64,000 nucleotides of DNA from Alphaproteobacteria bacterium (GTDB lineage Bacteria; Pseudomonadota; Alphaproteobacteria; Rhizobiales; Rhizobiaceae), in contig JAJRQF010000054.1 in assembly GCA_024280375.1 (NCBI GenBank), positions 1,877 through 65,876 of the forward strand, read 5' to 3'. Shown here piece after piece: positions 41,609-53,251 of this stretch (position 1 is the stretch's first letter; each line of letters opens with the position of its first letter). The notes under the pieces were generated by a model. That model searched no databases. It saw only the letters and a program-made list of their open reading frames with translations, and was not told the origin of the DNA. The translations under genes and the position numbers were made by a program.

Positions 41609-42400
41609 CTATTTATTTGACGGCTTGGGTTTACACAATTGTCGGTCTTTTGCAGCATCAATGAAATCAAGAATTTCAATAACCATAGCATCATCCGCAG
41701 TTTCACGGAGCTGCTTGACCACATCACGAATTGGGATATCACCGGCAAATATCAACTTATAAGCACTGTTAGCAGCCTTAATACTTGCCCTTTCAATGCC
41801 GCTTCTCTTCATGCCGATTACATTTAAGCCTACTAAATTTGCACGGGCCCCGATCATCATACCAAAGGGAATAACATCGCCTTCAATACCGGCAAGACCC
41901 CCAAGAAATGAATTTCTGCCTATTCGCGAAAATTGATGAACAGCAGAGCCACCACCGCAAATGACGTTATCATCAATATGGCAATGCCCCGCCAACATTA
42001 CATTATTCGACAGAATAATATTGTTGCGCAAATGGCAATCATGGGCAACATGCGAGTTGGCCAATAATACGCAATTATCACCGATGGTGGTTTTTGAACC
42101 GCCACCTTCTGTACCTGTATTTATGGTAACCCCTTCGCGGATAAGGCAGTTATTGCCGATCACAAGCGAAGTTTCTTCACCGCCAAACTTCAAATCTTGC
42201 GGCTCTTGGCCAATTGAAGCGAAGGGAAAGATGCGGGCGTTATCGCCAATTATAGTATTCCCGGTAATGACCACATGGGATTGCAGATTGACATTATTGC
42301 CAAGCTTGACCTGATGCCCGACGCGGCAAAACGGCCCAACTTCAACATCATCTCCCAATATCGCACCATCTTCAATTATGCTTGATGGATGAATTTTCAT
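41609..42400 (-). CDS. lpxA: Acyl-ACP--UDP-GlcNAc O-acyltransferase
   Basis: Left-handed beta-helix hexapeptide repeats. Start set at MKIHPSSII. Confidence 0.95.
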   Translation of the reverse strand: MKIHPSSIIEDGAILGDDVEVGPFCRVGHQVKLGNNVNLQSHVVITGNTIIGDNARIFPFASIGQEPQDLKFGGEETSLVIGNNCLIREGVTINTGTEGGGSKTTIGDNCVLLANSHVAHDCHLRNNIILSNNVMLAGHCHIDDNVICGGGSAVHQFSRIGRNSFLGGLAGIEGDVIPFGMMIGARANLVGLNVIGMKRSGIERASIKAANSAYKLIFAGDIPIRDVVKQLRETADDAMVIEILDFIDAAKDRQLCKPKPSNK

Positions 42401-42410
42401 TGTGCAGATC

Positions 42411-42878
42411 TCACTTCTTTTCCGGTGCAATCATGGCACCAATAATCGCTTCCGCAACTTTGACACCATCTACATATGCAACGCCCGAATATTTAAATAC
42501 CATGCGCCGCTGTTTTAGTTTGGTCATATGATATTCCAGCACATCTCCAGGACGAACCGGTTTTCGAAACTTTGCCTGATCAATTGTCATGAACAATACT
42601 GAACTGGCGCTTTCACCAGAGTGGGTTGCTGCACAAATTGCACCGGCGGTCTGCGCCATACCCTCAACAATCAACACACCAGGCATTACAGGGTTTCCAG
42701 GAAAGTGCCCGGTAAAATGATGTTCATTCATTGTAACATTTTTGATGCCAATTGCGAATTCATCTAACCGGCGCTCTTTGATCTTATCAACCAACAAATA
42801 CGGATACCGATGAGGTAGCAACTCCATCAATCTGATGATATCCAAATTTGATGTATTGGTATCGTCCACATCACTCAT
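42411..42878 (-). CDS. fabZ: 3-hydroxyacyl-ACP dehydratase
   Basis: [11 protein letters not shown] and [12 protein letters not shown] motifs. Confidence 0.95.
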   Translation of the reverse strand: MSDVDDTNTSNLDIIRLMELLPHRYPYLLVDKIKERRLDEFAIGIKNVTMNEHHFTGHFPGNPVMPGVLIVEGMAQTAGAICAATHSGESASSVLFMTIDQAKFRKPVRPGDVLEYHMTKLKQRRMVFKYSGVAYVDGVKVAEAIIGAMIAPEKK

Positions 42879-43930
42879 TTTGACTTCTTCCCTTTGGCCA
42901 TTTTACGGGCACCCGCACGCGCTGCCGCCAATTCCTTCAACCAATGTTTTATCGGGCGTGCTGGTACACCGCCCCAAATCGCACCAGGTGGCACATCATC
43001 GGCAACAGCACTGTTTCCGGCAATCTGCGCACCATCGCCTACTTTGGTGTGCCCGACAACGCCTGCCCTAGCCCCCAATACTGCATAATTTCCCAATGTT
43101 GCACTACCAGCAAGGCCCACCTGCCCTACCAAAACACAATGGCAACCGGTAACAACATTGTGGCCAATTACGACCTGATTATCAATTTTTGTACCTTCGC
43201 CAATTATTGTATCCCGAATAGCACCGCGATCAATCGTGGTATTTGCTCCGATCTCCACATCATCCTGAATTATAACTCTTCCGACCTGCGGGACCTTCAA
43301 ATGGCCGCCAGCACCCATTGCAAAACCAAAACCATCCTGGCCGATACAAACACCAGAATGAATGATTACATTATTCCCGACCAGCGAACATATTACCGTC
43401 GCACCACTCATAATTGACGTATTGCGACCAATCTGTACTTTCGGTCCAATAGTTGCATTTGCGGCGATCAAACTGCCAGAGCCAATCGAGGCACCGGCTC
43501 CCACAACAGCTCCGAATTCTATAGTAACACCGTCTTCTATATTTGCATCAGGATGTACAAATGCGCCTTTGGATATTCCAACTTCCCCGGTAATACCGGA
43601 AGGTCGCAGAGCGCCTGCAAACATCATTCCCATCGCTTCTGCAAATGCGCGATAGGGCGCCGCCGACTGCAACACAACGATACCATCAGGCACCCGATCA
43701 ACATATTTTTTTGAACAAATTACAGCTTTTGCCCTGGTGTCCTGCAATGCGGCCACATATTTGGAGTTATCCAAAAAACAAAGACTGTCAGGTGGCGCAT
43801 CTTCAATAGGGCCAATTGCTGAAATTGTAGTGTCGCCAGCAGATGGATTGACTAAAGTACACCCGGTTTTCTTTGCAATAAGAGCAACTGATACGGGCTC
43901 CGGCAAATCGAAAAAAGAGAAATCCTGCAT
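42875..43930 (-). CDS. lpxD: UDP-3-O-acylglucosamine N-acyltransferase
   Basis: Hexapeptide repeats, 351 aa, 4-nt overlap with fabZ. Confidence 0.95.
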   Translation of the reverse strand: MQDFSFFDLPEPVSVALIAKKTGCTLVNPSAGDTTISAIGPIEDAPPDSLCFLDNSKYVAALQDTRAKAVICSKKYVDRVPDGIVVLQSAAPYRAFAEAMGMMFAGALRPSGITGEVGISKGAFVHPDANIEDGVTIEFGAVVGAGASIGSGSLIAANATIGPKVQIGRNTSIMSGATVICSLVGNNVIIHSGVCIGQDGFGFAMGAGGHLKVPQVGRVIIQDDVEIGANTTIDRGAIRDTIIGEGTKIDNQVVIGHNVVTGCHCVLVGQVGLAGSATLGNYAVLGARAGVVGHTKVGDGAQIAGNSAVADDVPPGAIWGGVPARPIKHWLKELAAARAGARKMAKGKKSK

Positions 43931-43996
43931 AGTCTAATGCGCCTAAAAAAAAGGTCGTCACCGACAGTGACGACCCAGATTCACCCTTGAATTGGG

Positions 43997-46351
43997 TTAG
44001 AATTTTGTACTGATACCAAACCGGAACATTTCAGTGCGATCATAGGTTTCTTTAAGCAACGCATGGGATAAATCCACCCGCAATGGGCCAAATGGGGAAT
44101 CCCAGATAATTGATGCACCCACAGATGCTCTAAAGCTAATGTCATTCAATGTTGCCTGACTTCCCGCTGCATTTGCACCGGCAAACCCGCCAGAATATTC
44201 GTTGCCATACAATGTTCCGCCTTCAGCAAAGAAAGCGCCGCGTAATCCAAAGGAACGTGAAAGCACGGGCAACGGAAACTGAACTTCAGCAGTTGCATTA
44301 ATGTAGGTTGTTCCGCCCAAAGGCTCACCAGTATCCAGATCACGTGGACCAATACCATATCGGGAGAAACCACGAATGGTTTCGCCGCCCTGGAAGAAAT
44401 TATCGGCAATACGCAAATCTTGACCAGCACCAATCACATGACCGGCACCCACCGCAAGCACTCCAACAAGATCGCGTTCTTCAGACAGGGTATAATAACC
44501 ACTGGCTCGAGCAATTGTCTTAATATATTGCGCATCACCACCAAGACCCGCATATTCCTGACTCAACGTCGCATAGATGCCCTGGTGAGGGTTTTTCAAG
44601 TTGTCGATTGTATTATACGTCATAGTATAGCTAAGGGCTGACGTAGTCCAATTGCCAACACTGACGACCTGCTGGGTCGCAAGAGACAGTGATGTCAAAG
44701 CCAAACTGGTTTTGAAGGCCTCGTCCTTATATTCATAAGCAACCAGAATACTCAAATTATCAGTTAAAGGCGCTGCAGCACGAATTTTTGCAGACGAAGT
44801 TTCTTTGTCATATCTAATATCGTCGGAAGCATTGGTTGTCAGACGCGACAGATCAAACCCGGCTGCAATTCTGCGACCAAGAAAGTAAGGTTCGGTGAAT
44901 GACAATTCATACTTTTGATCATCCGCACCAAGTCCACCGGCAACCCGAATAAACTGGCCGCGACCAAGAAAGTTTTTCTCCGAGAATGAAATCTCAGCAA
45001 TCGCACCACTGTCAGAAGAGTAACCACCACCGATCGAAAATTCGCCAGTAGGATTATCAACCACATCCACATAGACAACTATTCTGTCTGCGGCCGATCC
45101 TGGACCAGTGGTAATGTTCACATTCTTGAAAAACCCAAGGCGATCCAGCCGTTGTTTCGCCCGTTGAATTAGAATTTTGTTATAGGCATCACCCTCTGAT
45201 ACATCGAACTCACGACGTATCACATAATCACGTGTACGCGTATTGCCGCGAATTTGAATGCTTTCAATGTAAACCCTTGGGCCTTCATCAACATAATACA
45301 CCAGTGAAATCGTGCGATCATTGAAGTTACGATCACCACGAGGGCTAACCTCAGCAAATGCATTGCCATCGCCAGCAATCTTGCTGGTCAGTCCTACCAG
45401 TGTTTTTTCAATACTTTTTGCGCTGTAAACTTTACCCGACTTCGATACCAGCTCACGATAGAGTGCTTTTGTATCTACATTTGGCAATGCATTTTCGATT
45501 ACAACATCGCCAAATGTATACCGATCACCTTCTTCAACCGTTACGGTGATAGTGTATTTATTCGACCCCTGATCCAAATCGGCTACAGTCGAAATGATAC
45601 GGAAATCGGCATACCCGCGGTTATAATAGAACCGGCGCAATTTCTCTTCATCAGCACGCATACGGTCAGGATCATAGATATCATCCTTGCGCAGCCAGCT
45701 GAGCAGATTTGATTCATTGATTGAGATTATATCAATCAAGCGACGATCACTATAGGCATTATTTCCAACAAAATTGATGTCGGCAATCTTGGTCCGATCA
45801 CCCTCAACGATATCAAACACCACATTGGCGCGATTGTTTTCCAGACTAACTACACGGCCAGCAATAGAAGCTGCGTTGCGGCCGGTACGGCGATACGCCT
45901 CACGAATACGCTGGACATCGCTTTGAAGTTTGTCATCGGTAAAAATCGAACGACCTGAAAGCTGCACAATACCTTTTAGCCGATCATCTTTCAGGCGTTT
46001 GTTGCCAGAAAAAATAACTTCGTTGACTGTTGGATTTTCAGATACCTTAACAACCAGAGTGCGTCCGCTCTGGAAAACCTGCACATCTGAAAACAAGCCC
46101 GTAGAAAAAAGCTGTTTCAGGGATTCATCAATTTCAAAGCTGGAGAAAGAACGCCCAGGCTTGATCGTCACATAAGAGCGAATGGTTTCAGCATCCACCC
46201 GCTGATTGCCACTAACGCTGATGCTTCTGACAACAGCAGCCTCTGAGATAGTGGCGCTTGTCGCAATGATAGCACCACCTACGAAAACCGGCGCCGCAAA
46301 CAAAGACACAGCAGCCATGATAGCGCGAACTGATTTACCTATAAACTTCAT
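43997..46351 (-). CDS. bamA: Outer-membrane protein assembly factor BamA
   Basis: 784 aa with a signal peptide, POTRA repeats, a C-terminal beta-barrel and a terminal …GISTKF. Confidence 0.95.
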   Translation of the reverse strand: MKFIGKSVRAIMAAVSLFAAPVFVGGAIIATSATISEAAVVRSISVSGNQRVDAETIRSYVTIKPGRSFSSFEIDESLKQLFSTGLFSDVQVFQSGRTLVVKVSENPTVNEVIFSGNKRLKDDRLKGIVQLSGRSIFTDDKLQSDVQRIREAYRRTGRNAASIAGRVVSLENNRANVVFDIVEGDRTKIADINFVGNNAYSDRRLIDIISINESNLLSWLRKDDIYDPDRMRADEEKLRRFYYNRGYADFRIISTVADLDQGSNKYTITVTVEEGDRYTFGDVVIENALPNVDTKALYRELVSKSGKVYSAKSIEKTLVGLTSKIAGDGNAFAEVSPRGDRNFNDRTISLVYYVDEGPRVYIESIQIRGNTRTRDYVIRREFDVSEGDAYNKILIQRAKQRLDRLGFFKNVNITTGPGSAADRIVVYVDVVDNPTGEFSIGGGYSSDSGAIAEISFSEKNFLGRGQFIRVAGGLGADDQKYELSFTEPYFLGRRIAAGFDLSRLTTNASDDIRYDKETSSAKIRAAAPLTDNLSILVAYEYKDEAFKTSLALTSLSLATQQVVSVGNWTTSALSYTMTYNTIDNLKNPHQGIYATLSQEYAGLGGDAQYIKTIARASGYYTLSEERDLVGVLAVGAGHVIGAGQDLRIADNFFQGGETIRGFSRYGIGPRDLDTGEPLGGTTYINATAEVQFPLPVLSRSFGLRGAFFAEGGTLYGNEYSGGFAGANAAGSQATLNDISFRASVGASIIWDSPFGPLRVDLSHALLKETYDRTEMFRFGISTKF

Positions 46352-46556
46352 TCGATAACTCGTCCCTGATTACCGTTCTGCCTCTAGTCAAAACACTGAC
46401 GATAGACTCATCAGTCTTCCCAACTTACTATTAACCGTTTTTACAGTCTTTTTCAAAACACGCAACCACCATCATGCAAAGAAGTTGCCATTATTTTTAT
46501 TTTATTACCCAACATGGCCACAAGATTAACAGACTGTTAACAATCTGAGGGCTTTC

Positions 46557-47693
46557 TTACCCTGGAAACAGTCTCAAAATATCATTCCTCGTGGCAAACA
46601 ACATCAATCCGAGCATGCACAACATTCCAAAACGATAGCCCATTTCCTGCGCTTTTACGCTCAAAGGCGAGCCTTTTAGCGCTTCTATTGCGTAGAAAAG
46701 CAGATGTCCCCCATCGAGCATCGGAATTGGAAATAGGTTTAATAATCCGATACTAACAGACAAAACGGCCGCCAACGTGATCAACCGATCGTAACCTAAT
46801 GTAGCAACTTGTGATGAGATTTGCGCGATACCCACGGGCCCGCGCAACTGTGAAGCATCCTGTCTGCCGACAATTACCTGGCCTAAAAACTTCAAAGTCC
46901 GGGTTGCAACAGACCATGTTTGTGTAACAGCAAGCGAAGTTGCGGAAAAAATACCGTGTTCAATCTTGCGAAAATTCGATTTATCAGAGGAACTGGAGAC
47001 CCCCAAAATTCCGACTGAATAGGCGTTGCCAAACCGGTCTTTTTGCTCCGTCATCCGCGGCGTCGCCGTCAGTTCTTTCATTATGCCGTTGCGCTCAACT
47101 TTAATGAGCAGCGAATTACCGGCACTCAAACTTATGGCATTTTGCAAATCACTGAAAGAGGCTATTGCGTCACCATCAACGCTGATAATTTTGTCCCCGG
47201 GCTTAAACCCTGCATCCATTGCAGCGGTTCCCTCTTTCACCGTGCCAACCACCGGGTCAACGACAAAACTTCCGTTATAAAAGAAAGTGGTCGCAAATAT
47301 CACAATAGCCAGAATAAAGTTCGCCACCGGACCGGCAACGGCAACAAGCGCTCTTTGCCAGACCTTCTTGCTTTCATAGGCACCGTCGCGCTCTTCTTCA
47401 TCCATTTCGGCCAGTTTTTCATGGTCAGGATTACTGGCAACGCCAGCATCGCCCAAAAACTTCACATATCCGCCAAGTGGGATTGCACACAATTTCCACC
47501 GGGTCCCAAGCTTGTCGCTATACCCGATCACCTCAGGCCCAAACCCAACCGCAAAAGCTTCGATTTTGATGCCGTTCCATCGACCAACCAAATAGTGACC
47601 AAGCTCGTGAAAAAACACGACAATTGTCAACACAAACAGAAAAGGGACCACCGTCCCCATAACCCATGAACCTAATTGCAGAATACTATCCAT
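46557..47693 (-). CDS. rseP: RIP zinc metalloprotease RseP
   Basis: HELGHY motif in TM1, a PDZ domain and the distal LNLFPIPMLDGG motif. Confidence 0.93.
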   Translation of the reverse strand: MDSILQLGSWVMGTVVPFLFVLTIVVFFHELGHYLVGRWNGIKIEAFAVGFGPEVIGYSDKLGTRWKLCAIPLGGYVKFLGDAGVASNPDHEKLAEMDEEERDGAYESKKVWQRALVAVAGPVANFILAIVIFATTFFYNGSFVVDPVVGTVKEGTAAMDAGFKPGDKIISVDGDAIASFSDLQNAISLSAGNSLLIKVERNGIMKELTATPRMTEQKDRFGNAYSVGILGVSSSSDKSNFRKIEHGIFSATSLAVTQTWSVATRTLKFLGQVIVGRQDASQLRGPVGIAQISSQVATLGYDRLITLAAVLSVSIGLLNLFPIPMLDGGHLLFYAIEALKGSPLSVKAQEMGYRFGMLCMLGLMLFATRNDILRLFPG

Positions 47694-47827
47694 GATTTAG
47701 GCAAGCCTTTTTGTTGAGAATCTGAATCATCCAAGATCCAAGCGACCAGTTTTAAGTGGTTTTCATCTGATAAATAGTCAATTTCGTGTCATTATCAAAT
47801 CTATCTACAGTCGCTAAATTTATTTGG

Positions 47828-48622
47828 CTAAACCACCCCTGCAAGCATCAACAAATAAAATGCAACAGCAGCGACAATCAAACCATCTACCCGGTCCATA
47901 ATACCACCGTGTCCGGGAATCAACTGCCCAGAGTCCTTTACGTTAAAATGTCGCTTGACCCAGGATTCAAAAAGATCGCCCAATTGAGAGAATATAGACA
48001 ACACGCCGGCAATCAAAATTGCGAAATCAGGGCGAATATAGGCAAAAAACTGTAGCCAGATAACAGTACCGAGAATTGCCGCAACCAATCCGCCAAAAAA
48101 ACCCGCCCATGTTTTCTTCGGCGAAATCATCGGTGCCAGCTTTGGTCCGCCAATCGCCCGCCCGGCAAAATAAGCCCCTATATCGCTCCCCCACACAATG
48201 ATAAATATCCAGACAATTACCATCAACCCATGCGGCGCATCACGAACCTGACTAAGCGCAATTGCGGGCAACAACGCATATATAATGCCCCCGGCCGCCC
48301 AAACTTTGCCCTTTGCAACAATGCCCAAAACGCCAAGCGCAAATGCACCAACGGCACAAATCAGCAATGCCTCGTCAAAGCGCCCAAATACAATGGCGCT
48401 TCCTCCAAGCAGAACAAATAACCAGCTGGGTACCTTGAAGGTGGAGCCTTGGTTTACCTGGGTAATTGTCGACCATTCCCGGAAAATCAATAGTGCTGCA
48501 ACGCCCATCAGCACCCGAAAATAGGTGCCGCCGGCCCAGGTAATGGCCAGAACAAGCGTGCCCAAAACAAGGGCAGAGACAAGCCGAAGCGGCAGATCGC
48601 TATTGGCTTTGGCCAAGCTCAC
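47828..48622 (-). CDS. cdsA: Phosphatidate cytidylyltransferase
   Basis: Polytopic, with the C-terminal signature SWVKRHFNVKDSGQLIPGHGGIMDRVD. Confidence 0.9.
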   Translation of the reverse strand: MSLAKANSDLPLRLVSALVLGTLVLAITWAGGTYFRVLMGVAALLIFREWSTITQVNQGSTFKVPSWLFVLLGGSAIVFGRFDEALLICAVGAFALGVLGIVAKGKVWAAGGIIYALLPAIALSQVRDAPHGLMVIVWIFIIVWGSDIGAYFAGRAIGGPKLAPMISPKKTWAGFFGGLVAAILGTVIWLQFFAYIRPDFAILIAGVLSIFSQLGDLFESWVKRHFNVKDSGQLIPGHGGIMDRVDGLIVAAVAFYLLMLAGVV

Positions 48623-49359
48623 GAAGCCGTGCCCTGTGCCAAACCACCATATCTGCGGTCTCGAGAATGGTAGATGGAAATCGCCTTGGAAAATTCCTCG
48701 CGATTAAAATCCGGCCAATGGCAATCGAGGAACACAAATTCAGAATAAGCAGCTTCCCAAAGCAGAAAATTCGACAATCGCATCTCGCCGGATGTTCTGA
48801 TAATCATATCGGGGTCAGGAAATTTAGCCGTCTCCAAATTTGCGCCAATCATTTCGCAATCAATATCTGAGGGATCAATTTTTCCGCATTTCACATCATT
48901 GGCAAGGCTTCGAACCGCCTGCGCAATATCGTTTCGAGCCCCATAATTAAACGCAATAATCAACTCCAACCCACTATTATTGGCGGTCAGTATTTCAGCC
49001 TCTTCCAGCAAAGGGCCAATATCGCCCGGCAAATCACTGCGTTCTCCGATTATGTTGACCCGAACATTTTCCCGGTGAAGATCGGCCAGATCCTTACGGA
49101 TAAACAATTTCAACAGCCCCATAAGGTCACTGATTTCGCTTTTTGGCCTGGACCAGTTTTCAGAGGAAAATGAAAATATGGTCAGATATTCGATGCCAAT
49201 TTCAATCGAGCTGCGAATGGCCTCGCGAACAGCTTCAACGCCTTTTCGGTGCCCGGCCGCACGCATCAACCCACGTTGAGCAGCCCACCGCCCGTTGCCA
49301 TCCATAATAATGGCAACATGCTGCGGTGTTTTTTGAACCTCAAAGGAAGAAGGCGGCAT
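48619..49359 (-). CDS. uppS: Di-trans,poly-cis-undecaprenyl-diphosphate synthase
   Basis: HVAIIMDGNGRWA and IRTSGEMRLSNFLLW motifs. Confidence 0.95.
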   Translation of the reverse strand: MPPSSFEVQKTPQHVAIIMDGNGRWAAQRGLMRAAGHRKGVEAVREAIRSSIEIGIEYLTIFSFSSENWSRPKSEISDLMGLLKLFIRKDLADLHRENVRVNIIGERSDLPGDIGPLLEEAEILTANNSGLELIIAFNYGARNDIAQAVRSLANDVKCGKIDPSDIDCEMIGANLETAKFPDPDMIIRTSGEMRLSNFLLWEAAYSEFVFLDCHWPDFNREEFSKAISIYHSRDRRYGGLAQGTAS

Positions 49360-49404
49360 TTACTGAAGGCTCCAGATATGATCAGCAATACGTTCGTTCC
49401 GACA

Positions 49405-49968
49405 TCAAACCTGCATAATTTCAGTTTCTTTTGCGACCAGCATCTTGTCGATCTCGGAAATGGTATCGTCAGTCAGTTTTTGCACTTTATCTGATTCTAC
49501 CCGTGCATCATCTTGCCCGATATCTTTATCTTTTTCCAGCTTCTTTAAAATTTCCATGCCATCACGCCGCACATGACGCGCAGCCACTTTGGCCGATTCA
49601 GCATATTGATGCGCAACTTTAACAAGTTCCTTGCGACGCTCTTCGTTTAACTCTGGCATCGGGAGACGTAAATTTGTGCCATCAACAACCGGGCTAATGC
49701 CGATATTGGATTCACGAATAGCTTTTTCAACCCCGGCAACCATAGACTTGTCCCACACCTGAACAACGATCATTCTGGGTTCAGGCACATTGACGGTTGA
49801 GACCTGATTAAGCGGCATGGATTGCCCATAGGCTTCCACCATAATCGGGTCCAACAAATGTGCCGAAGCGCGGCCAGTACGCAATCCACTCAAATCATTT
49901 TTGAAGGACGCAATTGCGCCACTCATCCGTTTGGTTAAATCGTCAATATCAAAATCTGTCGTCGCCAT
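49405..49968 (-). CDS. frr: Ribosome recycling factor
   Basis: 187 aa with a typical RRF sequence. Confidence 0.97.
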   Translation of the reverse strand: MATTDFDIDDLTKRMSGAIASFKNDLSGLRTGRASAHLLDPIMVEAYGQSMPLNQVSTVNVPEPRMIVVQVWDKSMVAGVEKAIRESNIGISPVVDGTNLRLPMPELNEERRKELVKVAHQYAESAKVAARHVRRDGMEILKKLEKDKDIGQDDARVESDKVQKLTDDTISEIDKMLVAKETEIMQV

Positions 49969-50003
49969 CGTAAAATTCCCTGTTTGGTTCGCGCGAAATT
50001 CAA

Positions 50004-50735
50004 TTATCCGCTAATCGTGGTTGAACGGCCCTCACCGCATAATATATTTGCAAGACCACCTTTGTCCGCAATAGAAAATATAACGACTGGAATATTATTA
50101 TCCCGCGCCAGGCTAATCGCAGCGGCGTCCATAACTTCCAGGCCTTTTTCAAGCACCTCTGAATGAGAAAGGTTTTCATATCTTACAGCGTTTTGGTCTT
50201 TTTTAGGATCAGCCGAATAAACTCCGTCCACCTGTGTACCTTTAAATATCGCTTCAGCACCAAATTCCGCCGCTCGAAGTGCAGCCCCCGTGTCGGTTGT
50301 AAAATACGGACTACCGGTTCCACCGGCAAATATTACAATCCGGCCTTTATCGCGGTGCTTTAAAAGAGCCCGCTGCGAGAAAGGCTCACACACGGCCGGA
50401 ATTGCCAGACCGGAAAGCACAACAGCTTCTGCGCCCTGTTTTTCCAGTTCCATACGAAGCGCCAACGCATTCATGACCGTTGCCAGCATACCCATATGGT
50501 CGCCGGTAACCCGATCAGCACCCTTGGCAGCTAATGACAGTCCACGGAAAATATTGCCACCGCCAATAACCACGCCAATATCAATGCCAAGCGCTTTGGC
50601 TTCAATAATATCACCCGCGACCCGCGCCAGCGTTTCAGGATCGATGCCGAATCCCTGCTCTCCCATAAGCGCTTCGCCAGAAGCTTTGTACAGAATACGC
50701 TTATATTTCAGTTGTTTTCCCATCAAACCCGCCAT
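50004..50735 (-). CDS. pyrH: UMP kinase
   Basis: [12 protein letters not shown] and [13 protein letters not shown] motifs. Confidence 0.97.
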   Translation of the reverse strand: MAGLMGKQLKYKRILYKASGEALMGEQGFGIDPETLARVAGDIIEAKALGIDIGVVIGGGNIFRGLSLAAKGADRVTGDHMGMLATVMNALALRMELEKQGAEAVVLSGLAIPAVCEPFSQRALLKHRDKGRIVIFAGGTGSPYFTTDTGAALRAAEFGAEAIFKGTQVDGVYSADPKKDQNAVRYENLSHSEVLEKGLEVMDAAAISLARDNNIPVVIFSIADKGGLANILCGEGRSTTISG

Positions 50736-50870
50736 CGGAACATTCAGATATTACCAAAACTCGATACACGAAGGGCGCCGCGTTGTCACGCGACGCCCCA
50801 ATTTTAATTGGTATTTATCAGCACTTTGCCCACTAACCCGAATTAGAAAGTTCAAGCAAGAGTTGGTAAA

Positions 50871-51791
50871 TCAGGATTTTCCAGACATTGCAGCAACTTC
50901 AGCCGCAAAGTCTTCTTCTTTTTTCTCAATGCCATCACCAAGCTGAAAACGAATAAAGCCTTTCAGCTCAATTTCGGCTCCAACTTCTTTTTCAGCATTC
51001 TTCAGAGCTGTTTCAACGGTGTTTTCTCCGTCAATAACAAAGGTCTGAGAAAGAAGAACAACTTCCTCATAGAATTTACGCAAACGGCCTTCGACCATTT
51101 TCTCCACAATATTTTCCGGCTTGCCGGACTGGCGAGCAGATTCTGAGAAAATTGCGGTTTCGCGTGCAACAACGTCCGCATCAACTTCATCCTTGGTCGC
51201 AGCCAACGGATTGGTTGCGGCCACATGCATGGCGATCTGACGGCCAATGGCATCAAGAGCTGCAGTATCGCCGCTTGATTGCAGCGCAACCAATACGCCA
51301 ATTTTACCGAGTCCGTCGCCAGTCGCATTATGCACATAGGAAGACACGACACCTTCTGAGACTTCCATTACTGTTGCACGGCGAAGCGCCATATTCTCAC
51401 CAATTGTGGAAATTGCGTCGGTAATCGCGTCTTCAATTTTCTTGCCACCAAGGTCAGCGGCCAGGATTGCGGCAATAGAACCATCGGTTCCAAGGGTAGC
51501 ATTTGCAACACCATTTACGAGTGCCTGAAATTCATCATTTCGTGCAACAAAATCTGTTTCGGAATTGAGCTCAACCACGGCAGACTTGGTGCCGTTAGAA
51601 GCAACGCCAACAAGCCCTTCAGCCGCAGTGCGGTCAGATTTTTTGCCAGCTTTAGCAATACCTTTTTTGCGCAACCAATCAATTGCAGATTCAATATCGC
51701 CATCAGTTTCAATCAGTGCGGTTTTACAATCCATCATGCCAGCGCCGGTTTTTCCGCGCAGCTCTTTTACCATTGATGCGGTAACTGTCAT
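50871..51791 (-). CDS. tsf: Elongation factor Ts
   Basis: [22 protein letters not shown]-like N-terminus, 306 aa. Confidence 0.97.
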   Translation of the reverse strand: MTVTASMVKELRGKTGAGMMDCKTALIETDGDIESAIDWLRKKGIAKAGKKSDRTAAEGLVGVASNGTKSAVVELNSETDFVARNDEFQALVNGVANATLGTDGSIAAILAADLGGKKIEDAITDAISTIGENMALRRATVMEVSEGVVSSYVHNATGDGLGKIGVLVALQSSGDTAALDAIGRQIAMHVAATNPLAATKDEVDADVVARETAIFSESARQSGKPENIVEKMVEGRLRKFYEEVVLLSQTFVIDGENTVETALKNAEKEVGAEIELKGFIRFQLGDGIEKKEEDFAAEVAAMSGKS

Positions 51792-51902
51792 ATCGACCTC
51801 TCTATATTGCCAAAGCCGCCATCGTCGGCGACCTCAAGGCAATTATCAGTTTGAATTTAAATACGAGCCGGAATCAACCGGCCCGTCTACCAGCAATTAC
51901 AA

Positions 51903-53036
51903 CTAGCCCTTGGCCAGTTCTGCTGCCTGTTTAAGCCACTCATCGCGGTCGATGCGGCCTTTAAAAGAAAGACGATCATCAACATTAACAATGTCTTCTG
52001 GTGTAAATTTGGCAATTTGCTCGAACTTCGTAATGCCAAGTGCGTTCAATTTACCAAGCAGCACCGGACCAACACCCGAGATCTTGGTTAGATCATCACC
52101 ATCACCTTTAGGCGCGGTGAATAATGGAGCACTATCATCACTTGCGGCGGCTTTCGGCTCAACTTTTGGTGCGGCTTTCGGCTCAGCTTCTTTAGCAGGA
52201 GCAGGAGCAGGCGCAGCCTCAGCAACAGGCGCAGCTTCTACGGCAGGCGCAGCTTCAACAACAGGCGCAGCTTCAACAACAGGCGCAGCTTCAAGAGCCT
52301 CGACCGGCGCTTCTTCCATTGCACCAAGATCGACACCACTTGCACCCTGTTGGCGCTGAATACCATCAAGTGCTGCTTTGGCAATCAAATCACAGTAAAG
52401 CGAAATTGCACGTGCAGCATCATCATTGCCGGGAATTGGGAAATCAACAACATCCGGATTGCAGTTGGAATCCAAAATAGCAGCCACAGGAATTTTCAGG
52501 CGACGGGCTTCCTGAATTGCAATCATTTCCTTGTTGGTATCAATCACAAAAATAAGATCAGGCTTGCCGCCCATATCTTTAATGCCACCCAATGCGCGTT
52601 CAAGTTTGTCGCGCTCGCGAGTATGGTTGAGCAATTCTTTCTTGGTAAAACCTTCACCACCACCGCTCAGCATTTCTTCCAGCTTACGAAGACGCTTGAT
52701 CGAATTGGAAATGGTTTTCCAGTTGGTCAGCATACCACCGAGCCAACGTGCATTCACATAATATTGTGCAGAACGCTTTGCAGCATCGGCAATAATGTCA
52801 GATGCCTGACGCTTGGTGCCAACAAACAGCACACGACCACCACCGGCAACCGTATCACTTACCTGTTGCAATGCACGGTGCAGCAAAGGCACAGTTTGCG
52901 AAAGATCGAGAATATGAATGTTATTTCTTTTACCGAAAATATATTGATCCATTTTCGGGTTCCAGCGGTGGCATTGGTGTCCAAAATGAACACCGGCTTC
53001 CAAAAGCTGGCGCATGCTAAAGTCTGGCAAAGCCAT
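51903..53036 (-). CDS. rpsB: 30S ribosomal protein S2 with ~140-aa C-terminal extension
   Basis: The S2 core spans residues 1 to ~235 ([10 protein letters not shown]…). Residues 241-312 are Ala/Pro/Val/Glu repeats. Residues 313-377 read [29 protein letters not shown]…[15 protein letters not shown]. Confidence 0.95.
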   Translation of the reverse strand: MALPDFSMRQLLEAGVHFGHQCHRWNPKMDQYIFGKRNNIHILDLSQTVPLLHRALQQVSDTVAGGGRVLFVGTKRQASDIIADAAKRSAQYYVNARWLGGMLTNWKTISNSIKRLRKLEEMLSGGGEGFTKKELLNHTRERDKLERALGGIKDMGGKPDLIFVIDTNKEMIAIQEARRLKIPVAAILDSNCNPDVVDFPIPGNDDAARAISLYCDLIAKAALDGIQRQQGASGVDLGAMEEAPVEALEAAPVVEAAPVVEAAPAVEAAPVAEAAPAPAPAKEAEPKAAPKVEPKAAASDDSAPLFTAPKGDGDDLTKISGVGPVLLGKLNALGITKFEQIAKFTPEDIVNVDDRLSFKGRIDRDEWLKQAAELAKG

Positions 53037-53251
53037 GGCTCGCGTCTCCTAATCGGTTAATCCTCCGCGGAAAATGAATGCCTGCCTCATGCCGACATCA
53101 CCGATGATGTGCACCAATGCCATGTGAAACTCACCAGGGGCTTGGGGCGCACATGCTTCCGCGTGTGTGATGAGCGGGCATTACATCAGATTATTGAATA
53201 TGGCAAGCAGGATTTTGCCGATACTTAGTCCGCATTTCAAATGCAAGTACC

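Noticed and set aside
47694-47827. Absence of dxr between cdsA and rseP, considered as evidence for an alternative DXR-like enzyme
   Set aside because: Gene order here varies among alphaproteobacteria, and dxr may simply lie elsewhere. Nothing in this window addresses it.
50773-50799. GC-rich hairpin GGGCGCCGCG…CGCGACGCCC between tsf and pyrH, considered as a terminator
   Set aside because: No T-run follows on the minus (transcribed) strand. It could be a processing or attenuation element, but the support is too weak.
53037-53251. 215-nt region upstream of rpsB, considered as an S2 autoregulatory leader
   Set aside because: I could not identify a convincing conserved structure by eye and know of no established alphaproteobacterial rpsB leader model to compare with. 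A covariance search would be needed.
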